Shown: in pieces, positions 1 to 10,562 of the stretch
How positions within the stretch are numbered: position 1 is the first letter of the stretch
Layout of the letters: each line of letters opens with the position of its first letter
From: Nitrospirales bacterium
Lineage (GTDB): Bacteria > Nitrospirota > Nitrospiria > Nitrospirales > UBA8639
Reading direction: 5' to 3'
Length of the DNA: 64,000 nucleotides
Assembly: GCA_965203295.1 (NCBI GenBank)
Contig: CBDBCZ010000019.1
Coordinates: 1,664,001-1,728,000 of the forward strand
Translations under genes and position numbers: made by a program
The notes under the pieces: model-generated
Database searches by the model: none
The model's input: the letters and a program-made list of their open reading frames with translations, nothing else
Told to the model about the DNA's origin: nothing

Positions 1-376
1 TGCGCAAGGTATAGAGCATATCTGCCAAGATTGTTTGTTCTTCAGGCGATAAATTCCCTTGGGTTTTGGTTTCTAAGACAGACAGGATATCAATGACTTC
101 CTTAGCCTGGGGTAAATTGGCCGGAAGGGCGGGCTGATCGGTGCCCAAAGGCTCACCCATAAGCATAAGGGCAGACGAACCGAGTGAAAATATAAAGGAA
201 GCGAACGTGACTGGTGGACAAAAATCTGCCGTATCCTGCGCTTCGCTGGAACCTTGAGCGGGAGAGGGTTCTGAAGGCGAAGGAGCTTCTGGTTGGAGTG
301 GATCGGGAGTGGAAGTTTGGTCGTCTGAGCGACCACGTTTGTCTCGGATGACAAAGCCTTGTTCTTCTTCACTCAT
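1..376 (-). CDS. DUF1844-like protein (3' end runs off window)
   Basis: Not in the ORF track. ATG at 376 is preceded by AGGAG and reads MSEEEQGFVIRDKR...VTFASFIFSLGSSALMLMGE...NLPQAKEVIDILSVLETKTQGNLSPEEQTILADMLYTLR. The KTxGNL motif is typical of the family. Confidence 0.85.
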   Translation of the reverse strand, partial: MSEEEQGFVIRDKRGRSDDQTSTPDPLQPEAPSPSEPSPAQGSSEAQDTADFCPPVTFASFIFSLGSSALMLMGEPLGTDQPALPANLPQAKEVIDILSVLETKTQGNLSPEEQTILADMLYTLR

Positions 377-574
377 GCCTCAACTCCTGAAAAAACCACG
401 AGATCAAAGCTACCATAATCCACGTATGACCGCAACCAATACGGAACGACTAGGTTAATTTGAAGAAGTTCCGATTGGAGTATACAATCATGCGCGTTTG
501 GGGATCTCGACCCTCGACATCACTATTGCCCTGAGCCATATCATGTTCGCTCACATACGCATTTGACTCTTATC

Positions 575-1438
575 ATGTCACAAGACTTTGACAAACTTCG
601 CGACGTCGTTTCTCATCTCCGTGGGCCAAATGGTTGTCCTTGGGACCGAAAACAAACTCATGAATCTCTCAAACCTCATCTCATAGAAGAAGCCTATGAA
701 GTGGTGGATATCATCGATCATCAAGACCCCAGACTCCTTCGTGAAGAATTAGGTGACTTGCTACTCCAGATTCTGCTCCATTCCAAAATTGAAGAAGAAC
801 AAGGCATCTTTACGATTGAAAACGTCCTAGCAGATCTCTCCCAAAAACTCATCAGACGTCACCCTCATGTCTTCAACCAATCCGAAGTTGCAGCTCACGA
901 TCTGACTCCTGATCATGTTGCCAGTCAGTGGGAAACCATCAAAAAAGCCGAACGGACGGAAAAAGGCAAGCCAGATTCTGTTCTAGATGGCATCCCTTCG
1001 ACATTACCGAGTTTATTACGGGCCTATCAGATTCAATCACGAGCCTCTCGAGTGGGGTTTGATTGGGAAAAACCGCAGCAGATTGTCGAGAAACTCAACG
1101 AGGAATTGGAGGAATTGCGAGAGGCTGTGGCATTCCAGGAGAAGCACTGTTCTTCGAATCCGGACAAGGGCTATGATGCTGTTGGTCATGACTTGATCGA
1201 ACAGGAGTTCGGGGATGTTCTTTTTACAGTCGCAAATTTAGCCCGATTCCTCAGAGTCAATCCGGAAATTGCACTTCGGAAAACCACGAATCGATTTATT
1301 CAACGCTTTCGATTTATGGAATCCCAAGCTGTCCAACATCAAAAAATGTTGGAAGACCTCACGGCATCAGAATGGGATACGTGGTGGGAAGAAGCAAAAC
1401 GCCAAGAACAGCTTCCAACGGGAGAGAGAGAAGCATAA
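575..1438 (+). CDS. mazG: Nucleoside triphosphate pyrophosphohydrolase MazG
   Basis: LRGPNGCPWDRKQTHESL, EEAYEV, EELGDLL and a second domain with EFGDVLF. The ORF track starts at 563; ATG 575 is more likely. Confidence 0.95.
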   Translation: MSQDFDKLRDVVSHLRGPNGCPWDRKQTHESLKPHLIEEAYEVVDIIDHQDPRLLREELGDLLLQILLHSKIEEEQGIFTIENVLADLSQKLIRRHPHVFNQSEVAAHDLTPDHVASQWETIKKAERTEKGKPDSVLDGIPSTLPSLLRAYQIQSRASRVGFDWEKPQQIVEKLNEELEELREAVAFQEKHCSSNPDKGYDAVGHDLIEQEFGDVLFTVANLARFLRVNPEIALRKTTNRFIQRFRFMESQAVQHQKMLEDLTASEWDTWWEEAKRQEQLPTGEREA

Positions 1439-1459
1439 AGCACAAAAAAGAATCACACC

Positions 1460-2092
1460 ATGGAAGATTCTGAAAAGTCCGAACAGACAGGGAAGCGCGT
1501 AGGGCTCCATCCTATTTTTGTGGTCTTTGGGATCATCATCGGTTTATGGATATTTGTGCAAGCCATTATTCCTGACTCAAAAAAGGTTCAACCCCCGCAG
1601 GAGAGCACCGCGCAATCTACTGATTATTCTCTCTTGGAGGAAGCGAGTTCAGCGTTGGTCCCGCACTTCAACGTGTCGGCCAGAATTCCAGACATGAATG
1701 CCGTCGGCATTTTGGTTCACGAGAAAACAACGGACACACAAATTGTCGCGTTATTAAAACTTTTTCGTGAATCACGCCAAGATAGAAGCCTGGCAACGTT
1801 GGTCCCACCTACGACCCCGGGAGACGAGCTCGACAATTTTGCCATTGCTGATATCTATATCTTCTCTGACCCACAATATGCGGTGAAAGATGCCATTCAA
1901 ATCCTGGCGGTCGGCGCGCATGCGCCCGGAGAGTTTTATTCGCCTTCAATCCCATTTGAAGTAGCAATGGAACAAGTTCGTGGCCACTATGTTGTGGACT
2001 TAAACAATAAGGTTAATCCTGAAGAAGCGTCTTTGGGATTTGCAGATAAAGCGACGGGGTTATATTCGAAACGGTATCAGAAGTTGTTTTGA
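1460..2092 (+). CDS. Membrane-anchored hypothetical protein
   Basis: 210-aa ORF with one N-terminal hydrophobic helix, directly after mazG. Confidence 0.75.
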   Translation: MEDSEKSEQTGKRVGLHPIFVVFGIIIGLWIFVQAIIPDSKKVQPPQESTAQSTDYSLLEEASSALVPHFNVSARIPDMNAVGILVHEKTTDTQIVALLKLFRESRQDRSLATLVPPTTPGDELDNFAIADIYIFSDPQYAVKDAIQILAVGAHAPGEFYSPSIPFEVAMEQVRGHYVVDLNNKVNPEEASLGFADKATGLYSKRYQKLF

Positions 2093-2150
2093 TAGCTAGA
2101 GAATGATGAAAACGGTTGGGAATTCTTGAAGGAGAGTATTGGTCAACGAA

Positions 2151-2558
2151 TTAAATGCCAATGCTTTGCTTAATCTCTTGACGCAGTTTTTCACGTTGCT
2201 CCTGCATCCACGCTTCTAACTTCGGGAAGAGGTGAGACAACACACCATCAAATGGATCAATCATCACATCTCGTCTTTCCTCAAACATTTCTTCTTCGTT
2301 GGCAATGTTGATTTTCTTCTCGGCAATGGCGCGCGCCAATAACTGATTCACTCGCAGTTGTTGACCTGGTGAGCCCCCTGACAACTCCAATATTTCTGTC
2401 TTAAAATGTTCGAGCTCTTCCTGAAGAGCCACTTTAACTCGAACGCCTTGTGGTGTGGCCCAAGTCGGTCGATCGACAGAATAATCGAAGGAAAGAACTG
2501 GTTCTCGTGGTTCCCGGTAGGGACCCATCACATTCAAGACGGTAAATGGCTGGGCCAT
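2151..2558 (-). CDS. Hypothetical protein
   Basis: 135-aa ORF with GGAGAGGTG RBS before ATG, co-oriented with the rhodanese gene. Confidence 0.75.
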   Translation of the reverse strand: MAQPFTVLNVMGPYREPREPVLSFDYSVDRPTWATPQGVRVKVALQEELEHFKTEILELSGGSPGQQLRVNQLLARAIAEKKINIANEEEMFEERRDVMIDPFDGVLSHLFPKLEAWMQEQREKLRQEIKQSIGI

Positions 2559-2601
2559 TATCTCACCTCTCCGCTTATTTCAATAACATCAGGAAACATG
2601 A

Positions 2602-3198
2602 TTACGACCGGGAACCGATTTGAATGATTTGGACTGACCCCTCTCCCTGTGTCGGGCCCTGCCATTGTTGGAGTCCACCAAGTATATTGTAGAGATTGTC
2701 ATATCCTTGCCGACTGAGAAAATCACAAGCCAACCGGCTTCGGTCCCCCTCTGCACAATAGACGAAAACCTTTTTTAGATGTTTAGGGATCTCTGATTGG
2801 TAAAGGTTTTCCAATTCTTGAAACGGAACTAACTTGGCATCAGGAATGTGCTGAGTGGAAAACTCCTTCGCCGTGCGAACATCGATAATCAGAAAACTTG
2901 GAGAAGGCGATTGTTCCTCGGCTTGGATAAGTGCCTGAGCCTCTTCAGCCGTGATATCCCGATACAATCGTCCACTACGAATGAGGTCGTCGGACACAGG
3001 AATCCCCGAAGCGACTTTAGCCAACTGAACACGGAGAAGATCAACACTATCTGATGCATTTTTTGAGATTTCTTTTAGTTTACTCTCGATGTAGTAATGG
3101 TTTCGTTTCAGTTGATCAACTTCACCTGTTAATTTGATCATACGCCAATAAAGAAACCCGACGATCGTGAGTGTGAATAACGCCAAAATCCACATCAC
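2602..3198 (-). CDS. Membrane-anchored rhodanese-domain protein
   Basis: N-terminal TM helix and coiled coil, then IIDVRT..EF...HIPDA, YCAEGDRS and LGGLQQW. Confidence 0.9.
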   Translation of the reverse strand: MMWILALFTLTIVGFLYWRMIKLTGEVDQLKRNHYYIESKLKEISKNASDSVDLLRVQLAKVASGIPVSDDLIRSGRLYRDITAEEAQALIQAEEQSPSPSFLIIDVRTAKEFSTQHIPDAKLVPFQELENLYQSEIPKHLKKVFVYCAEGDRSRLACDFLSRQGYDNLYNILGGLQQWQGPTQGEGSVQIIQIGSRS

Positions 3199-3316
3199 TA
3201 TGTACCCCCTTCAACCTCTGCTTTGGCAAAATAGCTGAATCACAAAACGCCCCCTGTTTCAGCCTTGGACTTTTCAGGGAGGGGAAGAATCTTCAACTGG
3301 AGGGGTGGTGAGAAAG

Positions 3317-3393
<77 letters not shown>

Positions 3394-3400
3394 ATTCTTA

Positions 3401-4521
3401 TCAATTTCCGACAACTTCGGTCAGAGGCTGGAATGTCAGCCCATGAGCATCAGCCACGGCTTTATACGTAATGCGCCCTTGTTTCACGTTCAGACCTCGA
3501 GAAAGGCCTGAGCTCCTACTCAAAGCACTCTCCACTCCCGCATCAGCTAGTTGGACTATAATAAGGAAGTGTGGCGTGGGTCAAGGCCACCGTTGAGGTC
3601 TTGGGCACGATGCCAGGAATATTGGTAACCCCGTAATGTAATATTTCTTCAACGGAATAAATCGGATCGGAATGCGTAGTAGGACGAATGGTTTCCACGC
3701 AGCCTCCCTGATCAACGGCCACATCAACAATCACCGATCGGGCTTTCATGAGGGCGACAAGCCTACGGGAAACAAGTTGAGGGGTTCTCGCCCCTCTGAC
3801 CATGACAGCTCCTACTAGCAAATCTGCGGAAGGAACCACACGGTCAATCGCATCCTGCGTAGAATACAGGGTCGCAACCCCACCCTGGTAACGGTTCATC
3901 CAATTGACAAAGTTGTTCCAAATCAAGACTAATCATCGTCACTTGGGCTCCCAAACCCACAGCAATTCTTGCTGCAGCACTCCCCACAGTACCCGCCCCT
4001 AAAATGACCACATGTCCAGGAGGCACTCCAGGAACCCCACCCAGAAGAATCCCCTGTCCACCCTGCTCACGTTCTAAATAATGCGCTCCAATTTGGATAG
4101 CCATCCGTCCAGCAATTTGGCTCATCGGTTGAAGTATCGGAAGACCGCCTTTTTCATCTTCGGTCGTTTCATAAGCGATTGCCATACACCCGGTTGCAAG
4201 CAAAGCCTCTGTGACATTTCGATCTGCCGCTAAATGCAGGTAGGCAAATAACGTGTGTTGGGGTTGAAAGTACTGGCATTCCTCCACTAATGGATCTTTC
4301 ACTTTAATGATAAGGTTGGCGTGCTGAAACAATTCTTCTTTTGTGGAGGCGATGTGAGCACCCGCTTCAAGATAGGCGTCATTCGTAAATCCGCTTCCTT
4401 CTCCAGCGTTGACCTCTAACCAAACGGTGTGTCCTCGCCGTGTCAGTTCAGAGACGCCTCCAGGCGTCAAACCAACCCGAAATTCCTGATCCTTTACTTC
4501 CTTAGGTATTCCAATAATCAT
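3401..4521 (-). pseudogene. ald: Alanine dehydrogenase with two +1 frameshifts
   Basis: MIIGIPKEVKDQEFRVGLTP, YLHLAA, GAGTVG and DVAVDQGGC. The frame breaks near 3893 (GAA-C-CGT) and near 3561 (TAT-T-ATA). The corrected C-terminus IVQLADAGVESAL...GLNVKQGRITYKAVADAHGL ends at TGA 3401. Confidence 0.9.
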
Positions 4522-4616
4522 AACGTCTCATCACACCCCGTAACCTGGACAGAAAAAGCATTCGTCCTGTAAGATCATTTTTTCTACTTATCCTTGTATT
4601 ATAACTCGAAATTGTC

Positions 4617-4982
4617 ATGAGTGGCTTTAAACATCATATTTTTGTGTGTCTGAACCAGCGTCCTAAAGGAGATCCTCGTGGTTGTTGTGCAGACCTGGGA
4701 TCGGAGAAGCTCCATGCCTTTTTCAAAAAGGAAGTGGAACGATTGGGATTGCGGGAAGTTGTGCGTGCCAATAAAGCTGGGTGCTTGGATCATTGCGAGT
4801 ACGGTCCCAGCGTGGTGATTTATCCTGAGGGAGTCTGGTATTGGGTTGGGTCGGAAGCTGATGTCACCGAGATCATGGAAAGCCATGTTGTGAATGGTGA
4901 AATTGTTGAGCGTCTCTTGATGCCAGGTCATGAGATTCCTTCCTTCAAGTTAGAATCCCGTGCCACACCAATTCCTCTATAA
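4617..4982 (+). CDS. Thioredoxin-like [2Fe-2S] ferredoxin
   Basis: HIFVCLNQR...GCC...AGCLDHCEYGPSVVIYPEGVWY. Confidence 0.92.
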   Translation: MSGFKHHIFVCLNQRPKGDPRGCCADLGSEKLHAFFKKEVERLGLREVVRANKAGCLDHCEYGPSVVIYPEGVWYWVGSEADVTEIMESHVVNGEIVERLLMPGHEIPSFKLESRATPIPL

Positions 4983-5048
4983 GGCCTCAATCAGACCTTC
5001 CCAATAATGACGGAGATCCAAATCAGCTAATAAGTACTTTTTTCATTA

Positions 5049-5339
5049 ATGCGTCGACCGAACAACATACTCGAACTATTCTCAGGAGCCTTGTTTGAAG
5101 GAGTAAAGCCTATGATGGTCACTCGGGATCATTTGGTCCGTCATCCAGATCGTTGCACGCATAATGCCGTCTGTATACCAGTCTGCCCGACGGGAGCCTG
5201 GCTCTCAACCCCACCCTATAAGTTTGATGAATCTCGTTGCCTAGAGACATGTCGAGTCTGTCTCGATGCATGCCCGACTCAAGCCATTTACGCCGTCTTT
5301 AAGAAAGGCGAGAAAGTAGTTCTTCCTCAAAAAGAATAA
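5049..5339 (+). CDS. Dicluster (4Fe-4S/3Fe-4S) ferredoxin-like protein
   Basis: CTHNAVCIPVCP and CLETCRVCLDACP cysteine motifs. Confidence 0.85.
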   Translation: MRRPNNILELFSGALFEGVKPMMVTRDHLVRHPDRCTHNAVCIPVCPTGAWLSTPPYKFDESRCLETCRVCLDACPTQAIYAVFKKGEKVVLPQKE

Positions 5340-5344
5340 CCGTT

Positions 5345-6385
5345 CTATCCCATAGCCTTCCGAAAGTGCCCCCAGTAGGCCGTCCCGACATATCCACATC
5401 CTCCAGAGAGAGTGGTCGAGGCCAGAATGCGGTAAACCTGCCATCGGGGAATTTTTAAATTTTGATCAGGATCTAACAAGTTCTCCGTTGTGCTCAATAA
5501 CTGTAGAGTTTTGAGCCCGATGAGGATAGGCCACATACAAGCTAAGCGCAGCCTGACTTCTGCACGAGGAATGGAAAGAGTATACAGCCATCCCTGATCC
5601 AAATGATCCAACGCAATGCCTATCAGTTTTTGAAGCACAGGGTACAGTTTCTTCCTATTGCGCTTATCAAGAAGATCCTGCGGTTCAAGACCGACTTGTC
5701 GCAAATCCGAGATCGGAATATAGCATCGTCCTCGCCGAAGATCCTTAGACAAGTCCTTTAAAATATTCGTGAGCTGTAATCCTTTTCCAAAGCGAATACC
5801 AGCACGAATTTTAGATTCCAGATCCCAAACACGCATTCGGGGTAAATGCGCGCGCATCACATTGGTCCAATATTCGCCCACACAACCAGCAACAGAATAC
5901 GTATAGTGATCCAATTCGGCGAAAGAAGGTAATGCCGTCAGCGTGGATTCCGAATCACCAGGGAAGACCGTAAGGTCCATTTCCATCCCACCGATCAACA
6001 TGGGAAGGAGATTCCGAATAGCTTGTTGATCATCAGGCTGAAGTTCTTGAAACATGTGAAAGTACGGCTCTAAGTTTTCTAACAATGCCCGCTCACCTAG
6101 ATGGCTTTGTAAGGGAGCCATCATTGTTTGGACCGTACCTATTTCATTCCAGTTCAATTGTTCGTGAAGGAACTGAGACTTAAATTGTTGAAGGCGCATC
6201 AAGCGATCACTGCGTTCGATCTGTCCGGTATCCGCAATGGTATCGGCTGCACGAGCAAAGAGGTAAGCCAGCCCTACTTGTCGAGAGACAGCAGATGGGA
6301 GGATGGCCAAGGTCAGATAAAAAGAACGGGAGACCTTCTTCAGAATGTCCTGTAATAAATACTTCTCAGCAACCTTTTCGCTCAT
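5345..6385 (-). CDS. Squalene/phytoene synthase family protein
   Basis: VSRSFYLT, AYLFARAADTIAD, YTYSVAGCVG and GLQLTNILKDL..D...GRCYIP. Confidence 0.92.
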   Translation of the reverse strand: MSEKVAEKYLLQDILKKVSRSFYLTLAILPSAVSRQVGLAYLFARAADTIADTGQIERSDRLMRLQQFKSQFLHEQLNWNEIGTVQTMMAPLQSHLGERALLENLEPYFHMFQELQPDDQQAIRNLLPMLIGGMEMDLTVFPGDSESTLTALPSFAELDHYTYSVAGCVGEYWTNVMRAHLPRMRVWDLESKIRAGIRFGKGLQLTNILKDLSKDLRRGRCYIPISDLRQVGLEPQDLLDKRNRKKLYPVLQKLIGIALDHLDQGWLYTLSIPRAEVRLRLACMWPILIGLKTLQLLSTTENLLDPDQNLKIPRWQVYRILASTTLSGGCGYVGTAYWGHFRKAMG

Positions 6386-6397
6386 TATGTATTCATC

Positions 6398-6862
6398 TTA
6401 CTTTGCTTCAATGGAGCCTTCCATCCCTTCTTCACGATGACTGGGCATGAAGAGAAGTTGCTTATCACAATAAAATTGGTAGATGTCTGGTTGGGGTAAA
6501 GTAAATTGAATAGTTGCCTCTTCATCCCATTCTATCTCTTGTTCAACATGAGTCCCAGTTTGTGGGTTATCCAGGATGAAATTGTGTGGAACGAGAAAAG
6601 ACTCATTAACCAGAGTCAACTCAACAGGAGTTCCAGTAGAGACTTGCAGCTTCGAAGGAGCAAACACATAGCTTTCCATCCGAATAGTGGCCCGTTGAAC
6701 CCCATCCTGGGATACAGAAAGAACAAGAGGCGCATTATCTTGACCCTGCGAAAACCCCGTACCAGGCAGTGTCAATAGTATTGCGACGAACAAGACAATC
6801 CCGAAAAGGTAACAGCTTCTTAAAACATTGACAAAAAAAGAGCGGTGACGGATAGGTTTCAT
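6398..6862 (-). CDS. Exported cupredoxin-domain protein
   Basis: Signal-like N-terminus; PHNF and FYCDKQLLFMPSHREEGMEG (H, C, H, M copper ligands). Confidence 0.85.
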   Translation of the reverse strand: MKPIRHRSFFVNVLRSCYLFGIVLFVAILLTLPGTGFSQGQDNAPLVLSVSQDGVQRATIRMESYVFAPSKLQVSTGTPVELTLVNESFLVPHNFILDNPQTGTHVEQEIEWDEEATIQFTLPQPDIYQFYCDKQLLFMPSHREEGMEGSIEAK

Positions 6863-7137
6863 GAATGTTGGCCCGGGAATCCTTTAGTGTATAAAGTCGA
6901 ATTTTACTAAAATAGCTTCAAATTTCATAATTCCGACCATATTGACTCCTTGTAAAATGGTATTATAACTTAATAAGTTAAGAAAATTGTGGAGAAAAAG
7001 AGCTATTTTGATCTCATTGGTTTACCGATATAATAAACTAACAAGCACATCTTTCGCATTTCGATACACTAAATCGCAAAAAATTCAGAAGAAGACTGAC
7101 AGCTAAGCTGACGTAACAAAATTCAAGGAGGCAATCG

Positions 7138-8022
7138 ATGAAAAAACTCAAAGGTATTGGTCTTCTACTCGTAGCCAATATTCTTATATTTGCAACCCTC
7201 TCAATTACCTTCACCATACTGGCCGATATCGTTCTGCCATCTTTTGGAATCGACCTGAGGAGATCTATCAATCAAACGCAGTTGCTATGGGCCTTTGTCA
7301 TCGGATTTGGCGGTGCATTCATTAGTTTAGCCATGTCGAAGCAAATGGCCAGAGCCATGCTCCCATGCGTGCAAATCACGCAACCTCGCAATCAGGCAGA
7401 AATGCTGATCTATGAGACGGTACAAAAGATTTCACAACGGCTTCAAATCACTATGCCTGAAGTGTGGATCTATGAGGGCCCAGACCCCAATGCTTTTGCC
7501 ACGGGACCCACAAGGAACAATTCTATGGTGGCGGTCTCAACCGGGCTTTTGAACAATCTCAATGAAAATGAAGTCCGTGCCGTGTTGGCACATGAAATGG
7601 GCCACGTGTATAACGGCGATATGTTTACCACAACGGTCTTAGCCGGTCTCATGAACACGTTTGTCTATTTCATCAGCACCTGGGTGGCCCGACACGTCGC
7701 TGAGCGGAATTATTTCTTGTACATTGGAGTGTACTTCTTTCTAACAATCGTCCTTTCCTTCTTGGCGATGATTCCTATCAGTTGGTTTTCCCGACGCCGG
7801 GAGTTTTCAGCGGATAGTTTTGCGGCCAATACCGTTGGGAAGGAATACATGATATCGGCCTTGCAAGCCATTGACCGATGGGTCCAACGTGCCCAGTTTC
7901 AATACCAATCTGAAGATGCCTTAGCGACCATGAAGATATCTGGCCAAACCAGTAGCTTCATGCAACTCTTTTCTACACACCCACCCATCGAAGCCAGAGT
8001 GGCTGCTTTGCAACGGCTGTAA
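7138..8022 (+). CDS. htpX: Zinc metalloprotease HtpX (M48)
   Basis: PNAFATG, AVLAHEMGHV, SRRREFSAD and FSTHPP; AGGAGG RBS. Confidence 0.95.
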   Translation: MKKLKGIGLLLVANILIFATLSITFTILADIVLPSFGIDLRRSINQTQLLWAFVIGFGGAFISLAMSKQMARAMLPCVQITQPRNQAEMLIYETVQKISQRLQITMPEVWIYEGPDPNAFATGPTRNNSMVAVSTGLLNNLNENEVRAVLAHEMGHVYNGDMFTTTVLAGLMNTFVYFISTWVARHVAERNYFLYIGVYFFLTIVLSFLAMIPISWFSRRREFSADSFAANTVGKEYMISALQAIDRWVQRAQFQYQSEDALATMKISGQTSSFMQLFSTHPPIEARVAALQRL

Positions 8023-8043
8023 TAGTTTTCAATCGTAGTTAAT

Positions 8044-8082
8044 AACCAAAACGGGGCTCGATTTCCGAGCCCCGTTTTGGTT
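8044..8082. terminator. Intrinsic (probably bidirectional) terminator after htpX
   Basis: Perfect 17-bp inverted repeat AACCAAAACGGGGCTCG-ATTTC-CGAGCCCCGTTTTGGTT. Confidence 0.85.
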
Positions 8083-8101
8083 CCGCTCTTCTAAGTTCCT
8101 C

Positions 8102-8143
8102 TCTAATGTTCTCGGTATCACTTCTAATGTTCTCAGTATCACT
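8102..8143. repeat. 21-bp tandem duplication
   Basis: TCTAATGTTCTCGGTATCACT followed by TCTAATGTTCTCAGTATCACT (1 mismatch). Confidence 0.9.
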
Positions 8144-8217
8144 GCAGACCGTAATATGGCAGCTCAAAAAACACCGACTTTCAACTATTAAGCACCTCTT
8201 GTGCAAAGTGAAAACGA

Positions 8218-9132
8218 TTGAATCAGCAAGTCAAGGTAATTAAATGTACGCCCCAAGAAATACTCAAACTTCTTAAGAAAGCTCTTGAGTGGGCTCAGAT
8301 TTCTCGTGGTCGCTGCATAGAGTACAATAATCTTTTTACGCAGTTTACATTCAGCAATATACGCTCTCGCGAACACATCTTTGTTTATAATGAACTGGCG
8401 AACATCATTGAGATTTACGAACTCTAGAGAGAACATGTAAATGATTTTTCGGGCCTGAAACAAAAAATTACGGAAGTGCTAAGCAAAGGTCCCGTCTTGT
8501 CTGAAGATGAAAATCCCGATACTTCAAGTAATCGTCCTAGAAACGACGCATTCATGATTTTACTGGCCGGAAAACTGATTGCGGCAGGTATCTCCGTAAG
8601 ATCTGTTGAAGGTATCTCTCTTAAAAACACTTCAAGTGGGGAAGGCACGATCATGAGTGGCCAAGGGGTTCCAGATATCGTGGTCGAATGCGGAGGTACG
8701 CTTCTATCAATTGAGTGCAAAAGACCTCTGTCAAAGGATGCCATTACACGTCATCTCAGAGATGCCCACAAGCAACTCAGGGAGCAGGGAACACCGGGAA
8801 TAATTGCGATCGACTGCTCAGTGTCAATTCGACCATGGGAAACCATTCTCAATACGTCTTCGGAAGAAATGGCAACAGAATTTTTAATTCAGAGGCTAAT
8901 CGAGAAAGTACAACCACTTGTAGATCCACAGTTCACTCCAGCAATTGCCGGAGCCATTCTCTATGTCAGGGCTCCAGTCCATACTGTGCACGATGTCAGT
9001 ATCATCCTTAGCCCAACCGGGGACCCAATCACGACCTATCGACAGGATACAGCCTCTACGTTACTCTTTATAGGAAACGCCTCTTCACCAAACATGCCAG
9101 CATTTCGCTACTTGCAAAAACCTTTTACATAG
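8218..9132 (+). pseudogene. PD-(D/E)XK nuclease-like gene split by an in-frame TAG
   Basis: ORFs 8218-8427 and 8476-9132 share a frame and are separated only by TAG 8425-8427; motif PDIVV...SIECKRP. Confidence 0.65.
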
Positions 9133-9200
9133 AAATCAATGGTGCTATCCCGCTGAAGTGACTTGCAGCATAGATAATAATTATATTCTTGAATTGAATT

Positions 9201-10016
9201 ATGCCCACTGACATCGACCAAAATCTCGTCAATGACGTGTAGGTTGTGGCAGCGAAGCTGGGCACACAAGTCCTGAGCCGTTCCGAGTACTTCCAACATG
9301 GTCAATTCTCACACTACCAAGTCTATGACGGCGGACATACTTGGGAAGATGTATGTAAAGCAGCAGGCTTGAATCATAAGAAAAAAGAACCTGTTTCAGA
9401 TGAAGAGTATTACAACCGATTGTCAGTCGCCATTGCGGAACTTGGTAGATACCCAAAAGCCTCGGAGCGGAAGAAATACGGACTCAGCTTCAGCAAGCGA
9501 CGTTATTCCACACTAATCGAATTCATCCGCAAAGCCATCGAGCTTGGGCGTGCGCCGAACCTGTTTGATGCCTTGCCGATTTTGGACGAAGAAGACAATC
9601 TCGACGTGCAACCACTTCAATCTGAAATGCTGCCAACCCCGACAAGAAAAAGGAAGCGCTTCGTTCCGCCAATTCCACTTCAAACCAACCGGACGAAATG
9701 GGAGCGCACTGGTGTGGACGGCTTCCCCTATGCACCCCACGACGAATTGGGCGTGGCGGCCTTGCTCGGAATACTCTGTTCGAAAGGAACCATCCGGTGG
9801 CAGATTTTGGAAATGAGGGGAAGTAAAGGAATCGACATCACCTGCTATGACGAAGTGATGGAGAAGAGTATCCGCGTGGAACTTAAATACACCCTCTCGA
9901 AAGGAAGTTGGAACCACAGAATCGAAGACTTGGACTTTGTTGTGTGTTGGGAAAACCGGTGGCCAGATTTCCCGAAGCCAGTCCTAGTCCTGAGCGAACT
10001 GATTAAGACAACATAA
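9201..10016 (+). pseudogene. Homing-endonuclease-associated-repeat + PD-(D/E)XK nuclease protein, TAG at codon 14
   Basis: MPTDIDQNLVNDV*VVAAKLG...SEY...TWEDVCKAAGL, a second repeat SDEEYYNRL..AELGRYP, and C-terminal GIDITC...RVELKY...LDFVVCWE. It could restart at GTG 9246. Confidence 0.65.
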
Positions 10017-10258
10017 CTGGACCATTAACTGAAACTCTGCCGTTGTGTTTCTTTGTGCTCAGCGCATCCACACTTCAGCCCACTCCAGCTAGGCTCTGAA
10101 TGTTACTTAACCCTTTGCTGCAATGGATCTAAGTGCTGTAGCGATAGCTAAAGAAATAAAATCTGATGGGGCTAAGAGTCGCAGGCATAGACCGGAGTTT
10201 TCATGAAATACAGTAGTCTTTCCCGATACTCCGGTGGCATCATCACTGTTTCCACTCC

Positions 10259-10287
10259 TTGACAAAGAACCGCAGCGGTTCCACACT
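10259..10287 (+). promoter_or_regulatory. Sigma70-type promoter with palindromic operator upstream of the antitoxin
   Basis: TTGACA-17 nt-CACACT; the spacer contains the perfect inverted repeat GAACCGC-A-GCGGTTC (10267-10281). Confidence 0.7.
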
Positions 10288-10319
10288 AATACCATCGTTC
10301 AATTCTTCCTGAAGGTTCC

Positions 10320-10562
10320 ATGAAATCCCTAACTCTGAAAAACATTTCCGACGCGCTGTATGCACGGATCAAAAAGCGGGCTGCTGAACATCATCGAAGT
10401 CTCAATCAGGAAATCATAACCTGTTTAGAACATATCACCAGTAGCACGCCCATTGATGCCACTACTATCTTGGCCAAGGCGCGCGAATTGCGGTGTCAGA
10501 GTAAAGGTCCGCTTCTCACCGATAAACGGCTCGCGCAACTGAAAACCGCCGGGCGACGCTGA
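10320..10562 (+). CDS. FitA/Arc-like ribbon-helix-helix antitoxin
   Basis: MKSLTLKNISDALYARIKKRAAEHHRSLNQEII. Confidence 0.88.
   Translation: MKSLTLKNISDALYARIKKRAAEHHRSLNQEIITCLEHITSSTPIDATTILAKARELRCQSKGPLLTDKRLAQLKTAGRR

Noticed and set aside
73..372. 99-aa ORF from the track
   Set aside because: Shadow frame of the DUF1844-like gene that starts at 376 with a good RBS.
3401..4521. Programmed frameshifting in ald, the protease or ArsI
   Set aside because: No slippery heptamers at the break points, multiple lesions per gene, and breaks within catalytic motifs.
7020..7135. Riboswitch in the long htpX leader
   Set aside because: No recognisable aptamer consensus by eye; an Rfam/Infernal scan would be needed.
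8102..8143. Possible CRISPR repeat
   Set aside because: Two adjacent copies with no spacer and no cas genes; no CRISPR array was seen anywhere in the window.
10010..10110. Possible integron attC site after the nuclease gene (ACATAAC at the stop)
   Set aside because: No convincing complementary GTTRRRY end or paired L boxes, and no integrase nearby.
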